NCBI GenBank assembly: GCA_028826165.1
Contig: JAPDFW010000039.1
Coordinates: 1 to 56,945, forward strand
Origin: Anaeramoeba ignava BMAN
Taxonomy: Eukaryota; Protista; Anaeramoebae
Length of the DNA: 56,945 nt
Direction of reading: 5' to 3'
How positions within the stretch are numbered: position 1 is the stretch's first letter; each line of letters starts with the position of its first letter. Under the pieces are notes generated by a model, which saw only the letters and a program-made list of their open reading frames with translations, was not told where the DNA came from and ran no database searches. This document shows, one piece after another, positions 36,626 to 52,715 of the stretch. Position numbers and translations under genes: made by a program.

Positions 36626-39600
36626 TACATTTTGTTTTCATTTTATTTATTTATTAATAAAACGGATTTATGTTTAAAAAGTTATTTTTCAATTTAATTT
36701 GATTTTTATTTGATTTTCTTTTTTTATTTTGATTTTCAATTATTTTGAATTAAAACAGAACAAAAAGTAAATCAATATTGAATTGAGTTATTTTATTATA
36801 TTTTTTATTTGATTTAATATAAAACAAGTATTTTACTTCAATTATATAACAAAATTGAAGTATATTTTGAATTAATTTACAACAGAATTACATTTAATTC
36901 ACATTTATTTTAATTCAGATTTATATTCAATTTCATTTATAGTTAATTTATAAAGGAAATAAAAGTAAATTAAAATTGGTTTGGGTTGAAGGGGCATAAG
37001 GGGAGTAATAATAATTTATTCATAATTTATTCATAATTTAATTTATTTTTTATTTTTATTTTTAATTTATGTTTTTAATTTTGAAATTTATTTTTATATT
37101 TGATATATATATATTTTTAGTATTTTGTAAATTAAAATATTTATAAATAAATATTTATTTTAATTTTAATTTAATTTAATTTAATTTAATTTAATTTTAT
37201 TTTTTTATTAATTTAGAATTAATAATCAATTTTTAAAATATAATATATATTTTATCTTCTTTTTTCTTCTTCTTCTATTTATTTATTTATTTATTTATTT
37301 GCAATTTCATTTTCAATTTAATTTAATTTAATTTTCAATTTCATTTCATTTTACAATTTAATTTCTATTTTCATTTTAATTTTCAATTTAATTTAATTTT
37401 AATTCAATTTAATTCATATTTTATATTTTATAAATTAAATAAATAAAATATTTTTAATTGTAATTTATTTTATTTTCATTTTATTTTTGTGTGTAAATGA
37501 ATTTTGAAAAATCAAAAATAAAATTAATAAAATAAATAAAAATAAATTTTGAAAATAATAATTGAATTATTAATAAAATAAAAATATTAGAATTAATTAA
37601 TTAATTAATTATAAATCAAAATTTATTATTATTAATTATTAAAATAAATAAATTTGAAATGAAAAATAATAAATAAAAATGAATATTAATTATATTATAT
37701 AAATATAAATAAATGAATATATAATTAATAAATATATAATAATAAATATCAATTCAAAATATATATAATGTAAAATGTTTAAAAATAAAAATAAATTTTT
37801 AAAAGTATAAATCAAAATAAATAATATTTTTATCAACTTTATTTCAATTTATATAAATATAAATCAAAAAAAATAAAAAAAATCAAATTTTATTCTAATT
37901 TATATATTTTAAACATTTTTCAATAATAAATATTAAATCAAAATATATATTCAAAATTAATATAATAATGGAATCAAATTTATTATCAATATTATATTAA
38001 TAAATAATATAATAAATATAATATAAGAATAATAAATATATTAATAAAAATATATTTTTATTAAATATTCTTTTTGGATTTGATTTTTATTTTGTAATTC
38101 TTTATATTTTTAGAATAATTATTTATTTATTTTCATTTATTATTTTATTCAAAATTTCATTTTAATTTCATTTACAATTTAATTTATTTTAAATATAAAT
38201 TTAATTTCATTTTCATTTTCAATTTTCAATTTAATTTAATTTTGATTTGAATTTGATTTAAAATTTAATTTGAATTTAATTTAAATTTAATTTAATTTGA
38301 ATTTTAATTTGAATTTAATTTGAATTTTATTTTATTTTGAAAATTTATTTGAATTTTTATTTTTAATTTAATTTGAATTTAATTTAATTTAAATAACAAA
38401 ATTTGATTTGAATTTAAATTTGAATTTGAATTTTAATTTAATCAAAATTTAATTTAATTTAATTTAATTTAATTTAATTGAATTTAATTTAATTTTAATT
38501 TTTGAAAAATTAAAATTTAATTTGAAAAATTTGAATTTAGATTTTATTTTTAAAAATTTGAATTTTTGAAATGGAGAAATTAAAAATAAAATTTAATTTG
38601 AATAAAATTTATTTTGAATTTTATTTGAATTTATTTTTTAATTTAATTTAATTATTTAATTTTATTTTTAAAACAAATAAATAATATTTATTTCTTTAAT
38701 TTATTTTAATTTTCATTTCAAAAATAATTTCAATTTTTAAATTTTCAATTAATTTCAATTACATTTTCAATTATTTTCAATTTCAATTAAAATTTCATTT
38801 AATTTTCAATTTCAATTTCAATTTATATTTTATAAACAATTTAATAAATATTTTTAATTGTAATTTATTTTATTTTCATTTTATTTTGTGTGTAAATGAA
38901 TTTTGAAAAAAAATCAAAAATAAAATTAATAAAATAAATAAAAATAAATTTTGAAAATAATAATTGAATTATTAATAAAATAAAAATATTAGAATTAATT
39001 AATTAATTAATTATAAATCAAAATTTATTATTAATTATTAAAATAAATAAATTTGAAATGAAAAATAATAAATAAAAATGAATATTAATTATATTATATA
39101 AATATAAATGAATGAATATATAATTAATAAATATATAATAATAAATATCAATTCAAAATATATATAATATAAAATGTTTAAAAATAAAAATAAATTTTTA
39201 AAAGTATAAATCAAAATAAATAATATTTTTATCAACTTTATTTCAATTTATATAAATATAAATCAAAAATAAAAATCAAATTTTATTTAATTTAATTTTT
39301 ATATTTTTAAACATTTTTAAATAATAAAAATATCCAAAAATAAAAAATATATATTTAAAATAAATATAATAATGGAATCAAAATTTATTATAATATATTA
39401 TATTAAATAAATAATATAATAAAATATAATATCAGAATAATAAATATATTAATAAAAATATATTTTATTAAATATTCTTTTTGGATTTGATTTTTATTTT
39501 ATAATTCTTTTATATTTTTGAATAATTATTTATTTATTTTCATTTATTATTTTATTCAAAATTTCATTTTAATTTCATTTACAATTTAATTTATTTTAAA

Positions 39601-39659
39601 TATAATTTAATTTCATTTTCATTTTCATTTTCAATTTAATTTTAGAATTTGAATTAATT

Positions 39660-41630
39660 CAAATTTATTTTCCAATTTCTTTATAATTTATATTCAAAAT
39701 AAAAATCAATTTCTCTCTAAATATTATAAAATATATAAATTTAATTTTCAATTTATTTGAATTTTAAATTTCAAAAATAAAAATCAATTTATTTTATATA
39801 TATTATAAACAAATTTATAACAAAATAATTAATTAATTTAATTTCAATTTATTTATAATTTATATTCAAAAATAAAAAATCAATTTATCTCTATATATAA
39901 AATATATTTATTTAATTTTCATTTTATTTATAATTTAAAATCAAAAAAATAAAAATCAATTTATTTATATATATTATAAACAAATTTATAATAAAATAAT
40001 TAATCAATTTAATTTCCAATTTATTTATAATTTATATTCAAAAATAAAAATCAATTTCTCTCTATATATAAAATATAAAATTTAATTTTCAATTTATTTA
40101 TAATTTAAATCAAAAATAAAAATCAATTTATTTATATATATTATAAACAAATTTATAACAAAATAATTAATTAATTTAATTTTCAATTTATTTATAATTT
40201 ATATTCAAAAATAAAAATCAATTTCTCTCATATATAAAATATATAAATTTATTTTTCAATTTATTTATAATTTAAAATTCAAAATAAAAATCAATTTATT
40301 TATATATATTATAAACAAATTTTAAATAAAATAATTAATTAATTTAATTTTCAATTTATTTATAATTTATATTCAAAAATAAAAATCAATTTCTCTCTAT
40401 ATATAAAATATATAAATTTATTTTTAATTTATTTATAATTTAAATTCAAAAATAAAAATCAATTTATTTATATATATTATAAACAAATTTATAATAAAAT
40501 AATTAATTAATTTAATTTCCAATTTATTTATAATTTATATTCAAAAATAAAAATCAATTTCTCTCTATATATAAAATATATAAATTTAATTTTCAATTTA
40601 TTTATAATTCAAATTAAAAAAATAAAAATCAATTTATTTATATATATTATAAACAAATTTATAACAAAATAATTTAATTTAATTTTCCAATTTATTTATA
40701 ATTTTATTCAAAAAAAATAAAAAATCAATTTCTCTCTATATATATAAAATATATAAATTTAATTTTCAATTTATTTCGAATTTAAATTAAAAATAAAAAA
40801 AATCAATTTATTTATATATATTATAAAACAAATTTATAATAAAATAATTTATTAATTTAATTTCCAATTTATTTATAATTTATATTCAAAAATAAAAATC
40901 AATTTCTCTATATATAAAATATATAAATTTAATTTTCAATTTATTTATAATTTAAATTAAAAATAAAAATCAATTTATTTATATATATTATAAAACAAAT
41001 TTATAATAAAATAATTTATTCAATTTAATTTCAATTTATTTATAATTTATATTCAAAAATAAAAATCAATTTCTCTCTATATATATAAAATATAAATTTA
41101 TTTTTCAATTTATTTTATAATTTAAATTCAAAAATAAAAATCAATTTATTTATATATATTATAAACAAATTTATAATAAAATAATTAATTAATTTAATTT
41201 TCAATTTATTTATAATTTATATTCAAAAATAAAAATCAATTTCTCTCTATATATAAAATATATAAATTTATTTTTCAATTTATTTATAATTTAAAATTCA
41301 AAAATAAAAAAATCAATTTATTTATATATATTATAAACAAATTTATAACAAAATAAAAATTAATTTAATTTCCAATTTTTATTTATAATTTATATCAAAA
41401 AATAAAAAAATTTAATTTCTCTATATATAAAATATATGAAATTTATTTTTAATTTATTTAATTTAAATTAAAAATAAAAATCAATTTATTTATATATATT
41501 ATAAAACAAATTTATAACAAAATAATTAATTAATTTAATTTCCCAATTTATTTATAATTTATATTCAAAAATAAAAATCAATTTCTCTCTATATATAAAA
41601 TATATAAATTTAATTTTCAATTTATTTTTA
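39660..41630. repeat. ~171-bp tandem satellite, array 5 (noisier)
   Basis: Same unit with more indels. Confidence 0.9.
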
Positions 41631-42654
41631 TTTTTCAATTTGAATTAAAATTGAATTCAATTCACATTGATTTGAATTAGTTTGAATTTGATTTTTGATT
41701 GAATTTAGATTTAATTTTGAATTTAATTAAAAAAATTTAATTTAATTTGAATTTGAATTTAATTTGAATTTAATTTTAATTTTAATTTGATTTGAATAGA
41801 ATTTAATTTAATTTCAATTTATATTTTGTAAACAATTTAATAAATATTTTTAATTGTAATTTATTTTATTTTCATTTTATTTTCATTGTAAATGAATTTT
41901 TGAAAAATCAAAAAAAAAATAAATAAAATAAATAAAAAAATAAATTTTTGAAAAATAATAATTGAATTATTAATAAAATAAAAATATTAGAATTTAATTA
42001 ATTAATTTATAAATCAAAATTTATTATTATTAATTATTAAAAATAAATAAATTTGAAATGAAAATAATAAATAAAAAATGAATATTAATTATATTATATA
42101 AAATATAATGAATGAATATATAATTAATAAATATATAATAATAAATATCAATTCAAAAATATATATAATGTAAAATGTTTAAAAAATAAAAATAAATTTT
42201 TAAAAGTATAAATCAAAATAAATAATATTTTTATCAACTTTATTTCAATTTATATAAATATAAATCAAAAAAAATAAAAAAATCAAATTTTATTCTAATT
42301 TATATATTTTAAACATTTTTCAATAATAAATATTAAATCAAAATATATATTCAAAATTAATATAATAATGGAATCAAATTTATTATCAATATTATATTAA
42401 TAAATAATATAATAAATATAATATCAGAATAATAAATATATTAATAAAAATATATTTTATTAAATATTCTTTTTGGATTTGATTTTTATTTTGTAATTCT
42501 TTTTATATTTTTAGAATAATTATTTATTTATTTTCATTTATTATTTTATTCAAAATTTCATTTTAATTTCATTTACAATTTAATTTATTTTAAATATAAT
42601 TTAATTTCATTTTCATTTTCATTTTCATTTTCAATTTAATTTAATTTAGATTTG

Positions 42655-43340
42655 AATTATAAAATAAATGAAATTAAATTAAAATTAATAATTAATTAAT
42701 ATTAAATAAATATTCTATTTATATTCATTATTATTAATAACTATTTATATATCTATTCATTTTATTTGATTTATTTATTTGATTTATTTGATTTATTTTA
42801 TTCATTCATCTCATTTTTAAATTAATTTATTGAAAATTTTTAACAAAAATAAATAAATAAATATATAAAGATATTTTGAATTTAAATTAATCAAAAATAC
42901 AATTAAAAGTTGTTTAATTTAATTTAATTTAATTTAATTTAATTTAATTTAATAAAAAAGATAAAAAGTATTTTTTTTGAAATGGAGAAAATAAAATTAT
43001 AAATTAAAAAGGAGAAAAAAATAGAAAAGATAAAAAGTATTTTTTAAAAGATAAAAAGTATTTTTGAAATGGAGAAAATATATAAAAATTAAAGGGAGAA
43101 AAAAATAAATATAAAATTGATAATTGTTTTAATTATTTTTATTTCTTTATTATTTTATTATTTTATTATTTTATTATTCTTTTATCAAAAATATAAATAA
43201 TATTTATAAATAATAATTTAATTTTAATTTCAAAAAAAATAATTAATCTATAAAATATTAAATAATAATTAATATTAATATTAATTCAATTATATTCAAT
43301 TTTCAACTTAAAATTTAATTTAATTTAATTTTCAATTTCA
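42655..43340. repeat. Dispersed module E, copy 2
   Basis: Matches 32620-33295. Confidence 0.85.
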
Positions 43341-44607
43341 TTTTCAATTTATATTTTGTAAACAATTTAATAAATATTTTTAATTGTAATTTATTTTATT
43401 TTCATTTTATTTTGTGTGTAAATGAATTTTGGAAAAATCAAAAAAATAAAAATTAATAAAATAAATAAAAATAAATTTTGAAAATAATAATTGAATTATT
43501 AATAAAATAAAAATATTAGAATTAATTAATTAATTAATTATAAATCAAAAATTTATTATTATTAATTATTAAAATAAATAAATTTGAAATGAAAAATAAT
43601 AAATAAAAATGAATATTAATTATATTATATAAATATAAAGAATGAATATATAATTAATAAATATATAATAATAAATATCAATTCAAAATATATATATAAT
43701 GTAAAATGTTTAAAAATAAAAATAAATTTTTAAAAGTATAAATCAAAATAAATAATATTTTTTTATCAACTTTATTTCAATTTATATAAATATAAATCAA
43801 AAATAAAAATCAAATTTTATTCTAATTTTATATATTTTAAACATTTTTCAATAATAAATATTAAATCAAAATATATATTCAAAATTAATATAATAATGGA
43901 ATCAAATTTATTATCAATATTATATTAATAAATAATATAATAAATATAATATCAGAATAATAAATATATTAATAAAAATATATTTTATTAAATATTCTTT
44001 TTGGATTTGATTTTTATTTTGTAATTCTTTTTATATTTTTAGAATAATTATTTTATTTATTTTCATTTATTATTTTATTCAAAATTTCATTTTTAATTTC
44101 ATTTACAATTTAATTTATTTTAAATCTAATTTAATTTCATTTTTCAATTCATTTTCATTTTTAATTTTAATTTGAATTTGAATTTGAATTTAAATTTAAT
44201 TTGAATTTAATTTGATTTGAATTTGATTTGAATTTAATTTGAATTTGAATTTGATTTTTAATTTGATTTGAATTTAATTTGAATTTAATTTGAATTTGAA
44301 TTTAATTTGATTTGGATTTAATTAAATTTAATTTGATTTGAATTTAATTTGAATTTAATTTGAATTTAATTTAATTTGAATTTTAATTTGAATTTTCAAT
44401 TTAATTTGATTTGAATTTAATTTGAATTTAATTTGATTTGAATTTAATTTGATTTGAATTTGATTTGAATTTAATTTGATTTAATTTAAAACAAAAATAA
44501 ATTTATTTTTTGGTTATTTTTCTTTTTCTTTTTCATTTTCAATTTCATTTTCAATTACATTTTCATTTCATTTCATTTTCAATTATTTTCAATTTCATTT
44601 TCAATTT

Positions 44608-44845
44608 CAATTACATTTTCAATTACATTTTCAATTACATTTTCAATTACATTTTCAATTACATTTTCAATTACATTTTCAATTACATTTTCAATTACAT
44701 TTTCAATTACATTTTCAATTACATTTTCAATTACATTTTCAATTACATTTTCAATTACATTTCAATTACATTTTCAATTACATTTTCAATTACATTTTCA
44801 ATTACATTTTCAATTACATTTTCAATTACATTTTCAATTTACATT
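44608..44845. repeat. 12-bp minisatellite (CAATTACATTTT)n, ~20 copies
   Basis: Direct reading. Confidence 0.95.
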
Positions 44846-45770
44846 TCAATTTTAATTCAATTTAATTCATATTTTATATTTTATAAATTAAATAAATAAA
44901 ATATTTTTAATTGTAATTTATTTTATTTTCATTTTATTTTGTGTGTAAATAAATTTTGAAAAATCAAAAATAAAATTAATAAAATAAATAAAAATAAATT
45001 TTGAAAATAATAATTGAATTATTAATAAAATAAAAATATTAGAATTATTTAATTAATTAATTATAAATGAAAATTTATTATTATTAATTATTAAAATAAA
45101 TAAATTTGAAATGAAAAATAATAAATAAAAATGAATATTAATTATATTATATAAATATAATAAATGAATATATAATTAATAAATATATAATAATAAATAT
45201 CAATCCAAAAATATATATAATATAAAATGTTTAAAAATAAAAATAAATTTTAAAAAGTATAAATCAAAATAAATAATATTTTTATCAACTTAATTTCAAT
45301 TTATATAAATATAAATCAAAAAAAATAAAAAAAATCAAATTTTATTCTAATTTATATATTTTAAACATTTTCAATAATAAATATTAAATCAAAATATATA
45401 TTCAAAATTAATATAATAATGTAATCAAATTTATTATCAATATTATATTAATAAATAATATAATAAATATAATATCAGAATAATAAATATATTAATAAAA
45501 ATATATTTTATTAAATATTCTTTTTTTGGATTTGATTTTTATTTTGAATTTAATTTGATTTGAATTTAATTTGAATTTGATTTGAATTTGAATTTAATTT
45601 GATTTTGATTTGAATTTGAATTTAATTTGAATTTGATTTGAATTTGAATTTAAATTTAAATTTTCAATTTAGATTACAATCAACTTTACATAATAAATAA
45701 ACACAAAAAAAAAATCAATCAATATTCATTTCTGATTTTTATTTTGATTTTTCTTATTATTTTTATTTTG

Positions 45771-48650
45771 AATTCAATTTACAATTAAATCAAATAACAA
45801 TTTAATTCAATTTACAATTAAATTAATAAATAAATTCAATTTACAATTAAATTAATAAATAATTCAATTTACAATTAAATCAAATAAATAAATTCAATTT
45901 ACAATTAAATTAAATAAATTCAATTCAATTTACAATTAAATTAATAAATAAATTCAATTTACAATTAAATAATTAAATTCAATTTACAATTAAATCAAAT
46001 AAATATAATTCAATTTACAATTAAATTAAATAAAATAATTCAATTTACAATTAAATCAAATAACAATTTAATTCAATTTACAATTAAATCAAATAACAAT
46101 TTAATTCAATTTACAATTAAATCAAATAACAATTTAATTCAATTTACAATTAAATTAAATAACAATTTAATTCAATTTACAATTAAATCAAATAACAATT
46201 TAATTCAATTTACAATTAAATCAAATAACAATTTAATTCAATTTACAATTAAATCTAAATAACAATTTAATTCAATTTTACAATTAAATCAAATAACAAT
46301 TTAATTCAATTTTTAAATTAATTCAATTTACAATTAAATAAATTAAATTCAATTTACAATTAAATTAAATAAATTAATTCAATTTACAATTAAATTAAAT
46401 AAATTAATTCAATTTACAATTAAATTTAAATTAATTAATTTAAATTCAATTTACAATTTAATTAAATTTTCAATTAATTTACAATTCAATAAAAAATTAA
46501 TTTTTAAATTAAATTTCAATTTAATTTTAAATTAAATTAAATTCAATTCAATTTACAATTAAATTAAATAAATTCAATTTACAATTTAAATAAATTAAAT
46601 TAAATAAATAATTCAATTTACAATTAAATTAAATAATTCAATTTACAATTAAATTAAATTCAATTTACAATTAAATTAAATTCAATTTACAATTAAATTA
46701 CATTCAATTTTACAATTAAATTACATTCAATTTACAATTAAATTAAATTTCAATTAAATTAAATAAATTCAATTTACAATTAAATTAAATAAATTCAATT
46801 TACAATTAAATTAAATAAATTAATTCAATTTACAATTAAATTAAATAAATTCAATTTACAATTAAATCAAATAAATTCAATTTTCAATTTAAATTATTAA
46901 ATAAAATTCAATTTACAATTAAATTAAATAAATAATTCAATTTACAATTAAATTAAATAACTAAATTCAATTTACAATTAAATAATTCAATTTACAATTA
47001 AATTAAATATAATTCAATTTACAATTAAATTAAATAAATAATTCAATTTACAATTAAATTAAAAATAAATTCAATTTACAATTAAATTAAAAATAAATTC
47101 AATTTACAATTAAATTAAAAATAAATTCAATTTACAATTAAATTAAAAATAAATTCAATTTACAATTAAATTAAAAATAAATTCAATTTACAATTAAATA
47201 AAATAAATTCAATTTACAATTAAATTAAATAAATAATTCAATTTACAATTAAATTAAATAAATAAATTAAATTCAATTTACAATTAAATTAAATAAATTA
47301 AATTCAATTAAAATTAAATAAATAATTCAATTTACAATTAAATTAAATAAATGAATTCAATTTACAATTAAATTAAATAAATTAATTCAATTTACAATTA
47401 AATTAAATTAATTTAATTTCAATTTAATTTAAATTAAAATAAATTCAATTTTTAAATTTTACAATTCAATTTAAATTAAATAAATAAATTCAATTTACAA
47501 TTAAATTAAATAAATAAATTCAATTTTACAATTAAATAAAATAAATTCAATTTACAATTAAATTAAATATAATTCAATTCAATTTACAATTAAATTAAAT
47601 ATAATTTAATTCAATTTACAATTAAATTAAATAAATTAATTCAATTTACAATTAAATTAAATAAATTAATTCAATTTACAATTAAATTAAATAACAATTT
47701 AATTCAATTTACAATTAAATTAAATAAATAATTCAATTTACAATTAAATTAAATAAATTAATTCAATTTACAATTAAATTAAATAAATTAATTCAATTTA
47801 CAATTAAATTAAATAAATTAATTCAATTTACAATTAAATTAAATAAATTAATTCAATTTACAATTAAATTAAATAAATAATTCAATTTACAATTAAATTA
47901 AATAAATTCAATTTACAATTAAATTAAATAAATAAATTCAATTTACAATTAAATTACATAAATAAATTCAATTTACAATTAAATTAAATAACAATATAAT
48001 TCAATTTACAATTAAATTAATAAATAAATTCAATTTACAATTAAATTAATAAATATAATTCAATTTACAATTAAATTAAATAAATTAAATTCAATTTACA
48101 ATTAAATTAAATAAATTAAATTCAATTTACAATTAAATTAAATAAATTCATTTACAATTAAATTAAATAAATCAATTCAATTTACAATTAAATTAAAAAT
48201 AAATTCAATTTACAATTAAATTAAATAAATTAAATTCAATTTACAATTAAATAAAATAACAATTTAATTCAATTTACAATTAAAATTAAATAATTAATTC
48301 AATTTACAATTAAATTAAATAAATAATTCAATTTACAATTAAATAAATAAATAATTCAATTTACAATTAAATTAAATAATTCAATTTACAATTAAATTAA
48401 ATAAATTAATTCAATTTACAATTAAATTAAATAAATTAATTCAATTTACAATTAAATTAAATAAATAATTCAATTTACAATTAAATTAAATAAATTAATT
48501 CAATTTACAATTAAATTAAATAAATAATTAATTCAATTTACAATTAAATTAAATAAATAATTAATTCAATTTACAATTAAATTAAATAAATAATTAATTC
48601 AATTTACAATTAAATTAAAAATAAATTCAATTTACAATTAAATTAATAAT
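45771..48650. repeat. ~25-30-bp minisatellite (TTCAATTTACAATTAAAT core)
   Basis: Direct reading. Confidence 0.95.
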
Positions 48651-50741
48651 TCTATATTTTGTTTTCATTTTATTTATTTATCAATAAAACGAATTTATGT
48701 TCAAACACTTATTTTTCAATTTTATTTCAATTTTATTTGATTTTATTTGATTTATTTTGATTTTCAATTATTTTGAATTAAAACAAAACAAAAAGTAAAT
48801 CTATTTTGAATTAAGTTATTTTATTATATTTTTTATTCAATTTAATATAAAACAATTATTTTACTTCAATTGTAAAACAAAATTGAAGTATGTTTTGAAT
48901 TAATTTACAACATCATTTCATTTAATTTACATTTATTTCAATTCAGATTTATATTCAATTTCATTTATAGTTAATTTATAAAGGAAATAAAAAGGAAATT
49001 AAAATTGGGTTGGGTTGAAGAGGCATAAAGGGATTAATAATAATTTATTCATAATTTATTCATAATTTAATTTATTTTTTATTTTTATTTTTAATTTATG
49101 TTTTTAATTTTGAAATTTATTTTTATATTTGATATATATATTTTTAGTATTTTGTAAATTAAAATATTTATAAATAAATATTTAATTTAATTTTATTTTA
49201 ATTTAATTTTATTTAATTTTGTTTTTTTATTAATTTTAGAATTAATAATCAATTTTTAAAAATATAATATATATTTTATCTTCTTTTTCTTCTTCTTCTT
49301 CTATTTATTTATTTATTTATTTGCGATTTCATTTTCAATTTAATTTAATTTAATTTTCAATTTCATTTTCATTTTTACAATTTAATTTCTATTTTCATTT
49401 TTAATTTTCAATTTAATTTTCAATTTAATTCAATTTAATTCATATTTTATATTTTATAAATTAAACAAATAAAATATTTTTAATTGTAATTTATTTTATT
49501 TTTTTTTTTTTATTTTGTGTAAATGAATTTTGAAAAATCAAAAATAAAATTAATAAAATAAAAATAAATTTTGAAAATAATAATTGAATTATTAATAAAA
49601 TAAAAATATTAGAATTAATTAATTAATTAATTATAAATCAAAATTTATTATTATTAATTATTAAAATAAATAAAATTTGAAATGAAAAATAATAAATAAA
49701 AATGAATATTAATTATATTATATAAATATAATGAATGGATATATAATTAATAAATATGTAATAATAAATATCAATTCAAAATATATAATGTAAAATGTTT
49801 AAAAATAAAAATAAATTTTTAAAAGTATAAATCAAAATAAATAATATTTTTTTTATCAGCTTTATTTCAATTTATATAAATATAAATCAAAAAAAAATAA
49901 AAAAAATCAAATTTTATTCTAATTTATATATTTTAAACATTTTTCAATAATAAATATTAAATCAAAATATATATTCAAAATTAATATAATAATGGAATCA
50001 AATTTATTATCAATATTATATTAATAAATAATATAATAAATATAATATCAGAATAATAAATATATTAATAAAAATATATTTTATTAAATATTCTTTTTTT
50101 GGATTTGATTTTTTATTTTGTAATTCTTTTTATATTTTTTAGAATAATTATTTATTTATTTTCATTTATTATTTTATTCAAAATTTCATTTTAATTTCAT
50201 TTACAATTTAATTTATTTTAAATATAATTTAATTTCATTTTCATTTTCATTTTCATTTTCATTTTAATTTTCATTTGAATTTAATTTGAATTTGATTTGA
50301 ATTTCAATTTAATTTGAATTTGAATTTGAATTTAATTTGATTTGAATTTAATTTGAATTTGAATTTAATTTGAATTTGAATTTAATTTGAATTTAATTTG
50401 ATTTGAATTTCAATTTAATTTGAATTTAATTTGAAATTGAATTTGAATTTAATTTGATTTGAATTTAATTTGAATTTGAAATTGAATTTGAATTTAATTT
50501 GAATTTAATTTGAATTTGAATTTGAATTTAATTTAATTTGAATTTGAATTTAATTTGATTTGAATTTGAATTTGAATTTGATTTGAATTTGAATTTGAAT
50601 TTGAATTTGAATTGAATTTGAATTAATTTAAATTTTCAATTTAGATTACAATCAACTTTACATAATAAATAAACACAAAAAAAAATCAATCAATATTCAT
50701 TTCTGATTTTTATTTTGATTTTTCTTATTATTTTTATTTTG

Positions 50742-52715
50742 AATTCAATTTACAATTAAATTAAATAAATTCAATTTACAATTAAATTAAATAAATATAA
50801 TTCAATTTACAATTAAATTAAATAAATTCAATTCAATTTACAATTAAATTAAATAAATAAATTAATTCAATTTACAATTAAATTAAATAAATTAATTCAA
50901 TTTACAATTAAATAAATTCAATTTACAATTAAATTAAATAAATTCAATTCAATTTACAATTAAATTAAATAAATTCAATTCAATTTACAATTAAATTAAA
51001 TAAATAATTCAATTTACAATTAAATTAAATAAATAATTCAATTTACAATTAAATTAAATAAATAATTCAATTTACAATTAAATTAAATAAATAATTCAAT
51101 TTACAATTAAATTAAATAAATAAATTCAATTTACAATTAAATTAATAAATAATTCAATTTACAATTAAATTAATAAATTAAATTCAATTTACAATTAAAT
51201 TAATAAATAATTCAATTTACAATTAAATTAATAAATAATTCAATTTACAATTAAATTAATAAATAATTCAATTTACAATTAAATTAGTAAATATAATTCA
51301 ATTTACAATTAAATTAAATTAAATAAATAAAATTTCAATTAAATAAATAAATAAATTCAATTAAAAAAATAATAAAAATTTTCAATTAAATTAAATAAAT
51401 TCAATTCAATTTACAATTAAATTAAATAAATTAATTCAATTTACAATTAAATTAAATAAATTCAATTCAATTTACAATTAAATTAAATAAATTCAATTCA
51501 ATTTACAATTAAATTAAATAAATTCAATTCAATTTACAATTAAATTAAATAAAATAAATTCAATTTACAATTAAATTAAAAATAAATTCAATTCAATTTA
51601 CAATTAAATTAAATAAATAATTCAATTTACAATTAAATTAAAAATAAATTCAATTTACAATTAAATTAAAAATAAATTCAATTCAATTTACAATTAAATT
51701 AAATAAATAATTCAATTTACAATTAAATTAAATATAATTAATTCAATTTACAATTAAATTAAAAATAAATAATTCAATTTACAATTAAATTAAATGAATT
51801 CAATTTACAATTAAATTAAATAAATTAATTCAATTTACAATTAAATTAAATAAATAATTCAATTTACAATTAAATTAAATAAATTAAATTCAATTTACAA
51901 TTAAATTAATAAATAATTCAATTTACAATTAAATTAAATAAATAAATTCAATTTACAATTAAATTAAATAAATAATTCAATTTACAATTAAATTAAATAA
52001 ATAAATTCAATTTACAATTAAATTAAATAAATTAATTCAATTTACAATTAAATTAAATAAATAAATTCAATTTACAATTAAATTAAATAAATTAATTCAA
52101 TTTACAATTAAATTAAATAAATAAATTCAATTTACAATTAAATTAAATAAATTAATAAATTAAAATAAATAATAAAATTCAATTTACAATTAAATTAAAT
52201 AAATTAATTCAATTTACAATTAAATTAAATAAATAATTCAATTTACAATTAAATTAAATAAATAATTCAATTTACAATTAAATTAAATAAATAAATTCAA
52301 TTTAAATTCAATTTACAATTAAATTAATAAATAAATTCAATTTACAATTAAATTAAATAAATAAATTCAATTTACAATTAAATTAATAAAATTAAATTCA
52401 ATTTACAATTAAATTAAATAAATTAAATTCAATTTACAATTAAATTAAATAAATAAATTCAATTTACAATTAAATTAAATAAATAATTCAATTTACAATT
52501 AAATTAAATAAATTAATTCAATTTACAATTAAATTAAATAAATTCAATTTACAATTAAATTAATAAATAAATTCAATTTACAATTAAATTAAATAAATAA
52601 ATTCAATTTACAATTAAATTAAAAATAAATTCAATTTACAATTAAATTAAAAATAAATTCAATTTACAATTAAATTAAAAATAAATTCAATTTACAATTA
52701 AATCAAATTAAATTA
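50742..52715. repeat. ~25-30-bp minisatellite (TTCAATTTACAATTAAAT core)
   Basis: Direct reading. Confidence 0.95.

Noticed and set aside
38200-38820. Apparently novel scrambled repeat variants (also ~21380-21700, 35200-35600, 46400-46600)
   Set aside because: They look like mixtures of neighbouring modules, consistent with poor consensus in collapsed repeats.
44510-44899. (FNYI)n ORF; also 24103-24285 and 25024-25212
   Set aside because: Minisatellite or low-complexity translations.
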